A DNA stretch of 64,000 nt from Gemmatimonadota bacterium (lineage in GTDB: Bacteria; Gemmatimonadota; Gemmatimonadetes; Gemmatimonadales; GWC2-71-9), in contig JAZDCY010000014.1 in assembly GCA_036679645.1 (NCBI GenBank), positions 128,001 to 192,000 on the forward strand, read 5' to 3'. The notes below the pieces were generated by a model. That model saw only the letters and a program-made list of their open reading frames with translations, ran no database searches and had not been told where the DNA came from. This document shows, in pieces, positions 29,672-38,613 of this stretch. Position 1 is the first letter of the stretch. Every line of letters begins with the position of its first letter. A program made the position numbers and the translations under genes.

Positions 29672-32338
29672 CTACTTCCCTACCTTCGCCTTCAACTCCT
29701 CGAAGAAGTTCTCGACCACGATCAACTCAGTCGCCTCCTGCTCCCCGACAAACTGAATCATCACGAACCGCTGATCGTCCGGCGTCACGTCGTAGACCTG
29801 ATGCACGTCGGCCGCGCCATAACCCTGAGTCGAAAACAGCACCCGGCGTTCGCCGGGCACAAACGTGGCTCCCGGTAAGACTTCCACCACCATCAAGTTC
29901 CCACTTTCCTTGTAGAACAACTCCCGCCCGCTGTGCGCCCATACGGGCTCACTGCCCCCATCGGTCGATACCAGCCAGCGGCCATCATTCGTGTTGGGAA
30001 ACGGGCGCACGTACACCTCGTACCGGCCCGTTTCGTTCGAGGTGTAGGCCAACCACCGGCCATTCGGTGACACCGCAGGCGAGGCCTCATCGTACTCCGT
30101 CACCACGAGGGCCGTGGCCGTATCAGACCCCATGGGCCGCCCATAGAGGTCACGCTCACCGGCCTGCCCGCCAACGCGGTACACGAGCCACTCCCCATCG
30201 GGGGAGTACGTCACCTCTTCCACTGTCCGCTCCTCATCCCGCAGCAACTCCGCCTGTCCAGTCCCGTCCGCCCGTCGCACGTATAGGTCGGGATTGTCGC
30301 CGCGCTCCGACACGAATGCCACCGCTCGCCCATCCGGCGTCCACGCGGGCCGGTAGTTCAAGGTGCCCGCGAACGTGAGTTTCGGCAGCGGTCCCTGATC
30401 CAACTGCTTAATCCAGATCTGTTCCTCGCCGTTCGCGCGGATGGTCACGGCCAATTGCGTCCCGTCCGGCGAGAGCTTCGGCGAGTTGAAGTTCCCCACC
30501 CAACCGGGGTGGATCTCCTCCGCCGTCCCGTCCCGCGTCACCCACACGACCTCCGCAAGTCCGCCTCCTCCCGCACCCCCGGTCGCGTAGAACAGCGTAC
30601 CAGTGGCGGAGACGGTAAGGTCCATAATGCCAAAGACCCCGACCCGCAGACCTTCCAGCAGCGACACCGCGTCACCCGTGAGTGCCAGTGTCGTCTCATC
30701 AAACGGCACCGCCATCAGCGTCCCGTCCGCCGTCACGTACAGGAGATGGCCCGATACGGCATACTGCGCCCGCACCCCGCGCAGCAACACGGTGTGCGCG
30801 CCGGTGCTAAGGTCGGCCACAGCGATGTCCCACTCGGTGAGGTTCACATCCCCCCCACGTCGCACCGAGAACACGACGCCCCGACCACCGGGGAGCGCGT
30901 CGGGCCAGAAATGTGCTTCTTCCCCCTGCGTGGTGTCGATCATCGTCACGGTCTCCGGCGCACTACCACTCTCCGCGACACGCACCAGCCCGTTGCCATG
31001 AAGGTTGCCGTCAAGGTAGATGTAGCCGTCCGACCCCCATGACCCGCCCCAAGGTCCAATACCGGAATCGGCGATCGTGATCGGGGGGCCGCCGCCGAGC
31101 GACGCCACCCGCCATCCGCCCTGAGCCCGAAACCCCACTCGCGATCCATCGGGCGAGAAAAATGGGGACTCCGCGCCCTCCGTCCCCGCCAGCGGGGTGG
31201 CGTGGAGTTGATCCAAGTCACGCACCCACAGCCGGGAGTTCTGTTCCCCCTCTCCCATATACACCAATCGTGATCCGTCCGGCGAGACCGCCATTCGTGA
31301 TACGTTGCCAGTGGAAAGCGCCTCCTCCTCCGGCAATGCGACGCTGTAACGCGAGACGGACTTGGGTGGTTCCGGTCGAGTGAGTGCCCACAGCGTGGTG
31401 ATCAGGAACAGCGCCATGCCAATTGCGAGCCCGACACTCAAGCGGTTCCACGGACGCGCTGCTACACCTGCCACCGTTGCTGCCTGTGTCGTCGGCAGCG
31501 TGAACGCGGGATTTGCCAGCGCCTCGGCGAACTTCGCAGCAGTGTCGAACCGATCCGCTGCCAACCTCTCCAATGACTTCGCCGTAGCCGCCGCAACATG
31601 GGGCGGCACCGACTTGCGCAACTCCGTGACCGGGCGCGCGTCATCGGTCACGATCTTCATGATGATCGCTTGCGCCGACCCACCCACATGTGGCGGTTCG
31701 CCCGTCAACATCTCGTATAGCACACTACCCAACGAGTAGATGTCGGAACGGTTCGTGAGGTCCTTCTCGGCGGTCGCCTGTTCGGGACTCATGTAATGCG
31801 GTGTGCCGAGCGACAGGCCCGTTTCGGTCATCCGCCCGCCCGCAGCCGCGCTGACGGCGAGTGCAATCCCAAAATCCGCCACCATTGGACGGCCATCGTG
31901 CAGCAGGATGTTCTCGGGTTTGATATCGCGGTGGATCACGTTGTTGCGATGCGCGTAGTCGAGGGCGTCCGCAATGGCGGTGGTGATGGCGACTGCTTCT
32001 TCGATGCCTAGCTGTGTTTCGCGGTTCAGCTTGTCCCGCAGCGTCTCACCGTCGATGAACGGCATGACGTAATACAGGAATCCGGCCGCGGTCCCCGAAT
32101 CGAACAACGGCAGGATGTGGGGGTGTTGAAGATTGGCGGTGGTCGTGATCTCCTGCACGAATCGTTCGGCGCCGAGCACCGCTGCGAGTTCGGGGCGCAG
32201 CACCTTGACCGCGACCTTGCGTTTGTGTTTCAGATCCTGGGCGAGGTAGACGGTGGCCATACCGCCTTCACCGAGGCGGCGCTCGAGCTGGTAGCGGTCG
32301 GCGAGGGCGGTGGAGAGCTTGGACGTGATCTCGGACAT
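29672..32338 (-). CDS. Membrane Ser/Thr kinase with TolB-like (PD40) beta-propeller
   Basis: GEGGMA, VAVK, HRDIKPEN, DFG, YMSPEQ; TM; SPDG repeats. Confidence 0.95.
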   Translation of the reverse strand: MSEITSKLSTALADRYQLERRLGEGGMATVYLAQDLKHKRKVAVKVLRPELAAVLGAERFVQEITTTANLQHPHILPLFDSGTAAGFLYYVMPFIDGETLRDKLNRETQLGIEEAVAITTAIADALDYAHRNNVIHRDIKPENILLHDGRPMVADFGIALAVSAAAGGRMTETGLSLGTPHYMSPEQATAEKDLTNRSDIYSLGSVLYEMLTGEPPHVGGSAQAIIMKIVTDDARPVTELRKSVPPHVAAATAKSLERLAADRFDTAAKFAEALANPAFTLPTTQAATVAGVAARPWNRLSVGLAIGMALFLITTLWALTRPEPPKSVSRYSVALPEEEALSTGNVSRMAVSPDGSRLVYMGEGEQNSRLWVRDLDQLHATPLAGTEGAESPFFSPDGSRVGFRAQGGWRVASLGGGPPITIADSGIGPWGGSWGSDGYIYLDGNLHGNGLVRVAESGSAPETVTMIDTTQGEEAHFWPDALPGGRGVVFSVRRGGDVNLTEWDIAVADLSTGAHTVLLRGVRAQYAVSGHLLYVTADGTLMAVPFDETTLALTGDAVSLLEGLRVGVFGIMDLTVSATGTLFYATGGAGGGGLAEVVWVTRDGTAEEIHPGWVGNFNSPKLSPDGTQLAVTIRANGEEQIWIKQLDQGPLPKLTFAGTLNYRPAWTPDGRAVAFVSERGDNPDLYVRRADGTGQAELLRDEERTVEEVTYSPDGEWLVYRVGGQAGERDLYGRPMGSDTATALVVTEYDEASPAVSPNGRWLAYTSNETGRYEVYVRPFPNTNDGRWLVSTDGGSEPVWAHSGRELFYKESGNLMVVEVLPGATFVPGERRVLFSTQGYGAADVHQVYDVTPDDQRFVMIQFVGEQEATELIVVENFFEELKAKVGK

Positions 32339-32508
32339 GGGCCTAGAAGATGTGTGTTCCTGCGAGGAAGCGCGAGATGCAAGGGATTTGGGGCCCTAAA
32401 GTACAAACGGCCGTTGCATAGCACGACCGCCGGGAACTTTACTCACGGCGGAGTACGCAGCGGTTTCGGGGGTGTTTCTGCGCTCTCCGCGATCTCTGCG
32501 GTGAAACG
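32339..32508 (-). promoter_or_regulatory. Kinase 5' cassette plus REP-like hairpin
   Basis: Minus strand reads GGGCCCCAAA..TTGCATCTCGCGCTTCCTCGCAGGAACACACATCTTCTAGGCCC-ATG; no Shine-Dalgarno. Confidence 0.75.
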
Positions 32509-32539
32509 CGGTCGGACATGGACCTACGAAGCGGCGCAA

Positions 32540-35146
32540 CTACCGCTCGTCGAGCAACTTGGTCCAGTTTTCTATGAGCCTGAGCGGGGTCGTTGCCACA
32601 CCCGGATCGTAAATAACGAGCAACCGCCCGTCAGGGGCCGTATCAAAACCATAAACGCCAGCCGGCGAGCCGGGCACTTGTTGCGGACTGCCGACCGCCG
32701 GAACCTCCTGGGAAGTGTCGATCTCGGACGACATCAATTGACCTGATGCGTCGATGAAGTAAAGTGTACTACCTCCCCTGCTCCATATCGCAATAGTGCC
32801 GCCGCCGCGGGAAACCTGCCAATGGGCCGTAGCGTCGGGGAGACGCGTGATATAGATCTCCCGTCGACCGGTTCTGTTTGAGTAATACGAAAGCCAATTG
32901 CCATCCGCCGAAACACTCGAACCCCACTCGTCGGCGGAGGTCGCATACAAGACTTCCGTCACAACACTGTCACCATCGAACCTGGCGCGAAGCAAATCAA
33001 GCCCGGTGGCAACGACCTGCCGCGCCCCCACAGCGAACGTCCGTCCCTTGGGCCAGACCGTCGGCAAGAAATCGCGCTCAGACAACCGAACGGTTCGTTC
33101 CTCGGACCGATCTGCCGCCATCACCCGCGCGACGGAGGCCTCAATGTCCTGAAACGCCACGTGAGTGCCGCCGAATGCCCACGTAATGACCCAGGTTACA
33201 GCCGAGCTCGATGAGAGCCGGGTCTGTTGACCGGAAGCGACGTGGTACAACCAGACGTCATAGCGTTGACCGGGGCCCGTGTATCGCTCCGACAGAATAG
33301 TCTGCCCGTCAGGCGAGACACTTACCTGGCTGGTGCCGGACTGGTCCAACGGTTCAAGTGCGGCGTTCTCCGGATCGAGCCAGGCCAGCCGGTTGTACTG
33401 CTCCACGAGTTCACGATAGATGAGTACGGATCCGTCCCCGGAAACGGAATAATCCCCGAGTGCCCTCGACTCCCAGACCTCCAAACCGGACAGCAACGAT
33501 ATAGCGTTCCCCTGGAACTCCCCTTTCTCAGGTGAAAACGGCCTTGCTACCAGTGAGCCCTCGTTCACGTATAGCAGGTACTCTCCGCTCACCATGACGT
33601 TTGAAGCGATTTCCAGAAGTTGGCGCGGCTCTACGACCCGCAACTCGCCCCACATCATCTTCCCTGCGCCAACGTAGATATAGTGTCTGCCGTCGGGCAT
33701 GAACTGTGGGACGCGGTGTGAGTTCCGGGTTGAGTCGCCCTCGACTCCCGTCTCCTGAACCGCTTCCCCTCCCTCGGCGGGAACCAGGTGAAGCGGCCCA
33801 AGAATGTCAGGTGCAAAAAGGATCTGCCCGTGCTGGTTCCATGTGCCACCCCGCCCGAACGGCGCGGCAGCGAGGTCGCGCACCGCACCACTTTCGATGT
33901 CGGCGCGTTTCAAACGAGCGTCAGCGAAAAACCCGAGGCTTAGACCATCCGGCGACCAGAACGGATAGCTTGCGCCGGCGGTCCCGGGCAGTGATCGAGC
34001 CTCGTTCGTTTCGAGCGATCTGACCCAGAGCGATTGCACCCCATCGCACGTGGCGATGTAAGCCAGGTTTCGGCCCACCGGAGAGAGTTGCACCAGGTTA
34101 CTTTCGCGCACCGGTGTGTAACGGCACCCCTGCGGCGGCAGCAAGCTTGCGCGCAAGATCGGTTCGCTGCGCGCCTGTCCCCCCGGCCAGAGATAGACCC
34201 AGGAAGCAACCAACAGCAATGCCAGGAACGCGGTCACCGTCCAGGCACGGGCATTCCCCCCCGTTACGGCTGCTACCCCCGGAGCCGCCTGGGTTGTCGG
34301 CGTAACGAACGCCGGATTCGTCAACGCCTCGGCGAACTTGGCCGCGCTCTCGAAGCGATCCGCCGCCAACTTCTCCAACGACTTCGCAGTCGCGGCAGCT
34401 ACATGGGGCGGCACCGACTTCCGCAACTCCGTGACCGGGCGTGCTTCATCGGTCACGATCTTCATCACGATCGCCTGGGCCGACGCCCCGGTGTGTGGCG
34501 GCTCGCCCGTCAACATCTCGTACAGCACGCAGCCCAACGAGTAAACGTCCGAGCGATTGGTGAGATCCTTCTCCGCTGTCGCCTGCTCGGGACTCATGTA
34601 GTGCGGCGTGCCGAGCGACAGCCCCGTCTCCGTTATCCGCCCACCCGCCGCAGCACTGACCGCAAGTGCGATCCCAAAGTCGGCCACCATGGGACGCCCG
34701 TCGTGGAGCAGGATGTTCTCGGGCTTGATGTCCCGGTGGATTACGCCCTGTTGGTGCGCGGAGTCCAGCGCGTCCGCGATGGCGGTGGTGATGCTGACTG
34801 CTTCTTCGATGCCGAGTTGGGTTTCGCGGTCGAGTTTCTGCCGCAGGGTTTCACCGTCGATGAACGGCATGACGTAATACAGGAATCCGTCTGCGGTTCC
34901 CGAATCGAACAACGGCAGGATGTTCGGGTGTTGGAGATTAGCGGTGGTGGTGATCTCCTGCACGAAACGCTCGGCGCCGAGCACGGCGGCGAGTTCCGGG
35001 CGCAGCACTTTGACCGCGACCTTGCGCTTGTGCTTGAGGTCCTCGGCGAGGTAGACAGTCGCCATGCCGCCGCTGCCCAGCTCCCGCTCGATCTTGTAGC
35101 GGTCCGCGAGGGCGGTCGTGAGGCGGGCAAGGAGGTCGGCGCTCAC
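32540..35146 (-). CDS. Membrane Ser/Thr kinase with TolB-like beta-propeller
   Basis: Complete Hanks motifs, TM, PFWSPDG and other propeller repeats. Confidence 0.95.
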   Translation of the reverse strand: MSADLLARLTTALADRYKIERELGSGGMATVYLAEDLKHKRKVAVKVLRPELAAVLGAERFVQEITTTANLQHPNILPLFDSGTADGFLYYVMPFIDGETLRQKLDRETQLGIEEAVSITTAIADALDSAHQQGVIHRDIKPENILLHDGRPMVADFGIALAVSAAAGGRITETGLSLGTPHYMSPEQATAEKDLTNRSDVYSLGCVLYEMLTGEPPHTGASAQAIVMKIVTDEARPVTELRKSVPPHVAAATAKSLEKLAADRFESAAKFAEALTNPAFVTPTTQAAPGVAAVTGGNARAWTVTAFLALLLVASWVYLWPGGQARSEPILRASLLPPQGCRYTPVRESNLVQLSPVGRNLAYIATCDGVQSLWVRSLETNEARSLPGTAGASYPFWSPDGLSLGFFADARLKRADIESGAVRDLAAAPFGRGGTWNQHGQILFAPDILGPLHLVPAEGGEAVQETGVEGDSTRNSHRVPQFMPDGRHYIYVGAGKMMWGELRVVEPRQLLEIASNVMVSGEYLLYVNEGSLVARPFSPEKGEFQGNAISLLSGLEVWESRALGDYSVSGDGSVLIYRELVEQYNRLAWLDPENAALEPLDQSGTSQVSVSPDGQTILSERYTGPGQRYDVWLYHVASGQQTRLSSSSAVTWVITWAFGGTHVAFQDIEASVARVMAADRSEERTVRLSERDFLPTVWPKGRTFAVGARQVVATGLDLLRARFDGDSVVTEVLYATSADEWGSSVSADGNWLSYYSNRTGRREIYITRLPDATAHWQVSRGGGTIAIWSRGGSTLYFIDASGQLMSSEIDTSQEVPAVGSPQQVPGSPAGVYGFDTAPDGRLLVIYDPGVATTPLRLIENWTKLLDER

Positions 35147-35162
35147 GTGGGACTTCCGCTCC

Positions 35163-37715
35163 TCACTCCCGCGGCGTCATGATCGCCCGCCAGGACGGAT
35201 CGTCGCGGATCGCGGCGAACTCGGGCATGGAGTGGAGAAACTCCGGAAAGTACCGCCCGCCCGCGTCGAGCGCGCGCCGTAGCGCGTCTGCCGCGCCCCG
35301 CCCGTCGCCCGCTGCGGCGGCAATCGCGGCCGGCCATCGGGACGTGGCGTTGATCTGCCAGATGCGCTCGACCAGCTGCTCGGCGTCGACCGTGCGACCG
35401 AGTTTGACGAGGCCAGCGGCCAGGTGACCGAGGGCATAAGTGCTATTCGGGAAGGAATCGGCCGCGGCCTGGAGCACGGGTAATGCGTCGGCGACGGGGA
35501 GAGCGCGCAGCGCGGCGCGCGCTCGCGCGACGGAGCCTTCGGGGGTCCGCTCGAGGGCCATCTCGTAGGCCCGCAGATACACCCGGTTCGCGGCGTTAGC
35601 GTGCCCGTGCACCTCGAGTTCGTTACCCACGTGCACGAGCGTGTTTACCACCGCTCGGGCATCAGCGGGGATCACCACCAGCGCTTCGATCGCCGAGTCG
35701 GCGACTGCGGGACTGCCGGCGGCGGCGGCAGCCGAAGCCAGCCATCCGAAGGCCGCAGCCAGATCGGGAAAGCGGCGCACGGCATCGCGCGCGTGTTCCA
35801 GCTCCCGATCGTGATCGCCCGCCAAGTGATTGACCCTCGTACCGAGAGCCCAAAGCGGCGACCACTGCCGGTTGCAGGGATCATCGAAGGGGAAGCGCTC
35901 CACGACACCCGCCGCGATCTCGATCCGGTTCAGGGCGAGCGCCGAGGAAGCGACGTTGTACGGAGCAATGATCCAGACGTCACCCGCGATACGATCGGCC
36001 TCCAGGGTCACGCGCAGCCGCTCGCTCCGATCGCGTTGACCGACGGTCAGGTATGCATAGTAGAGACGCTCGAGCTGGGTCATCCGCGGGACGGCCTCGC
36101 GAGCCAGGGCCTGGAGTGAATCCCGCGATAGTCGCCCCCGGCCCCCGTTTGCGTACGTCGCGAGCGCGTGGATCCGCGGATAGGTGAACGCGGGGTCCCG
36201 TTGGAAGATCCGTTCGAACGCTCGTATCGTGTTCGAAAACTGAGCGCGGCAGAACGCGTCATGTCCGACGTCCCACAGATCGAGGGTCTCGAACGAGTTT
36301 GGCGGATGGAACCCTCGCAGCGTCCCCACGCCCTGATTGGGTCGGGCGTACGCAACGGTGGCAACCGCGGCGCGCTCGGCGACGATGTCGAGCACGCTCT
36401 GATCCGATCCCACGTCCCCCGTGACCGGATCGATCGTCACGGCCTGTTGGCCGGTCGCGACGTCGAGAAGCTCGGCGTCGAAGCGGATGTCGCCACCGAT
36501 CGTCGCGTAGCGACCTCGCAGCACGTACCGCGCGGCCAGCCGCACCGCCACCGCCGTCGGGTCCGTCAGGGTCGCCGGATCCGCACCCCGCACGACGGTT
36601 TGCACCGGCACGTCGAGATAGTTGGCGTTCTGCGTGAGCAGGCGCGTGGTGGCGTCCGCGACCAGCTCGCCCCACACGTCAGCCACCGGGTCACCTGTGC
36701 GGTTCTCGAACGGCAGCACGACGACGCGCAGCGAATCGAGAGCCGCACCACCGGCATCGCCCGACCCCGCACGCGTCGCGACCACCGCAGCGTACGCTCC
36801 AAACACCGCGAGAACCGCAACAGCAGCATACACGGCCCGGCGGCCCCACCTCGCCATCGCAGGGCGACTCGCGGTTTCAGGCCTATCCGACGCGATGGCC
36901 TCGCTGAACTGCCGGACAGTGGTAAAGCGGTCGGCAGGCGTCTTCGCCAACGCTCGCGCGAGTGCGGCAACCACCGCTTCCGGCACCGCGGGGCGAATGT
37001 TGGTGATCGCCGGCGCGTCCACGGCGAGATGCTGATGCACGATGCTCTCAACGGTGGGACCCGTGAACGGCGGTTGCCCCGCCAACATCTCGTACAACAC
37101 GCAGCCGAGGCTGTAGAGATCGCTCCTGCCATCAAGCTCACCGCTTCCCGCGGCCTGCTCGGGACTCATGTAGGTGGGTGTGCCAATCGCGAGCCCGGTA
37201 TCCGTCAGCCGATCCCCACCTGCCGCGCTGATCGCCCGCGCAATTCCAAAGTCGGCGACCACTGCGTGCCCGCTTTCCAACAGTATATTCTCCGGCTTGA
37301 TGTCGCGGTGCAGCACGTCATGACTGTGGGCATACGAGAGCGCGTCAGCGACCTCGCGAGCGATTTGCCCTGCGTCGTCGATGGGCAGTTGTTTCTCACG
37401 GTCGAGCCGGTCGCGTAGTGACTCGCCTTCCACAAACGGCATGACGTAATAAAGGAAGGTGTCGGCTTCACCCGAGTCGAGCAGCGGCAGGATATGCGGA
37501 TGTGTGAGGCGCGCCGTGATCTTGATCTCGCGCAGGAACCGCTCGGGGCCGAGCGCGTGGGCGAGATCGGGCTTCAGCACCTTGAGCGCGACCTGGCGCT
37601 CGTGGCGGATGTCCTCGGCGAGGTAGACGGTGGCCATGCCGCCCGCACCGAGTTCGCGTTCGATCTTGTAGCGATCCGCGAGGGCGGTCGAGAGTCGGGA
37701 GGTGATCTCGGACAT
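35163..37715 (-). CDS. Membrane Ser/Thr kinase with TolB-N/FlgO-like and TPR-like domains
   Basis: Hanks motifs; VVVLPFENRTGD after the TM; helical C-terminus ending R.DP. Start trimmed to ATG 37715. Confidence 0.93.
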   Translation of the reverse strand: MSEITSRLSTALADRYKIERELGAGGMATVYLAEDIRHERQVALKVLKPDLAHALGPERFLREIKITARLTHPHILPLLDSGEADTFLYYVMPFVEGESLRDRLDREKQLPIDDAGQIAREVADALSYAHSHDVLHRDIKPENILLESGHAVVADFGIARAISAAGGDRLTDTGLAIGTPTYMSPEQAAGSGELDGRSDLYSLGCVLYEMLAGQPPFTGPTVESIVHQHLAVDAPAITNIRPAVPEAVVAALARALAKTPADRFTTVRQFSEAIASDRPETASRPAMARWGRRAVYAAVAVLAVFGAYAAVVATRAGSGDAGGAALDSLRVVVLPFENRTGDPVADVWGELVADATTRLLTQNANYLDVPVQTVVRGADPATLTDPTAVAVRLAARYVLRGRYATIGGDIRFDAELLDVATGQQAVTIDPVTGDVGSDQSVLDIVAERAAVATVAYARPNQGVGTLRGFHPPNSFETLDLWDVGHDAFCRAQFSNTIRAFERIFQRDPAFTYPRIHALATYANGGRGRLSRDSLQALAREAVPRMTQLERLYYAYLTVGQRDRSERLRVTLEADRIAGDVWIIAPYNVASSALALNRIEIAAGVVERFPFDDPCNRQWSPLWALGTRVNHLAGDHDRELEHARDAVRRFPDLAAAFGWLASAAAAAGSPAVADSAIEALVVIPADARAVVNTLVHVGNELEVHGHANAANRVYLRAYEMALERTPEGSVARARAALRALPVADALPVLQAAADSFPNSTYALGHLAAGLVKLGRTVDAEQLVERIWQINATSRWPAAIAAAAGDGRGAADALRRALDAGGRYFPEFLHSMPEFAAIRDDPSWRAIMTPRE

Positions 37716-37863
37716 GGGGCTAGAAGATGCGCGTTCCTGCGAGGAAGCGCGAGATGCCCGGAGTTTTGGGGCCCTCAAGACTGGTCTTTACTCACCGCAG
37801 AGTGCGCGGAGCACACAGAGCTTCCGGTGACATCTCTGCGCTCTCCGCGATCTCTGCGGTAAA
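37716..37863 (-). promoter_or_regulatory. Kinase 5' cassette plus complete REP-like palindrome
   Basis: Matches 32339-32397; CACCGCAGAG..CAGAG (37793-37820) pairs with CTCTG..CTCTGCGGT (37834-37860). Confidence 0.78.
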
Positions 37864-37934
37864 TCGTCCGGCGCGACGGGTCGAGGTTACCTGGGGTCGG
37901 CGACATCGCCGCTGAAGCTTCGGGCGTGGTTGGA

Positions 37935-38390
37935 CTAACTAGGGCCGATCTGCGCTCGCTGTTTGGTGATCAACCGCTCCGCGAACTCGATGCGCTCCTC
38001 GAGGTCGGTCATCTGTTCCAGATGCCGCTGTTCCATCTGAGCCATCCGATCTTCGAGACCATCGACTAGCGTACTGGGCCAAGCGGCCCTCAATCGTTCC
38101 ATCTTATGACGGTACCAGGTCGGGATAGCCGAGCCGGCAACGAGTAGTCCAACCAGCCCAGTGCCCGCCCCCAACTCCTGCTCCACCCTCGCTAGAAGCA
38201 ACAGGATCCCTCCGACCGCGATCCTCCCAATGATTGAGACGGCGGGCCACCAGGCGCGTTCTGTGGGCTCAGGCACCGCTCGGGACGGTACCGGCGTGCT
38301 ACCCTTCGCGACGGGGTAGCCGCAATCGGGGCACGCCGCGGCGCTGTCTGAAACCTCCCGCCCGCAATCGGGACACTCGATCAATGCCAT
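37935..38390 (-). CDS. Zinc-ribbon membrane protein with C-terminal coiled coil
   Basis: MALIECPDCG..VSDSAAACPDCGYP, two TMs, LEERIEFAERL. Confidence 0.82.
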   Translation of the reverse strand: MALIECPDCGREVSDSAAACPDCGYPVAKGSTPVPSRAVPEPTERAWWPAVSIIGRIAVGGILLLLARVEQELGAGTGLVGLLVAGSAIPTWYRHKMERLRAAWPSTLVDGLEDRMAQMEQRHLEQMTDLEERIEFAERLITKQRAQIGPS

Positions 38391-38475
38391 CTCAGCGCGC
38401 TCCCATAGCCATCGTAAGAGGACAGTACACTATGCGACGCATTGGTGCAGGTGTGAGTCGATGATCCGCGGCAGC

Positions 38476-38509
38476 GGGGCGGTCGCGAGTCGGGAGTGAT
38501 TTCGGTCAT
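38476..38509 (-). pseudogene. Degenerate kinase start remnant
   Basis: gggcggtcgcgagtcgggagtgatttcggtcat versus gggcggtcgagagccgggaggtgatttcggtcat at 59264-59297. Confidence 0.7.
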
Positions 38510-38519
38510 GTAGCACTCC

Positions 38520-38613
38520 GAACATCGAACTCTGAACTTCGAACGAGTCAATGTCGATAGTAACGCGCTTCAACCAATCACGTTCGATCTTGGACGTTGG
38601 ACGTTGGACGTTC
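38520..38613. repeat. Heptamer-built inverted repeat
   Basis: gaacatc gaactct gaacttc gaac ... gttc gatcttg gacgttg gacgttg gacgttc, abutting a kinase stop. Confidence 0.75.

Noticed and set aside
34034..37418. 382-aa and 416-aa plus-strand ORFs, and similar ORFs repeated opposite other kinases
   Set aside because: Antisense shadows; their mutual similarity only mirrors kinase conservation.
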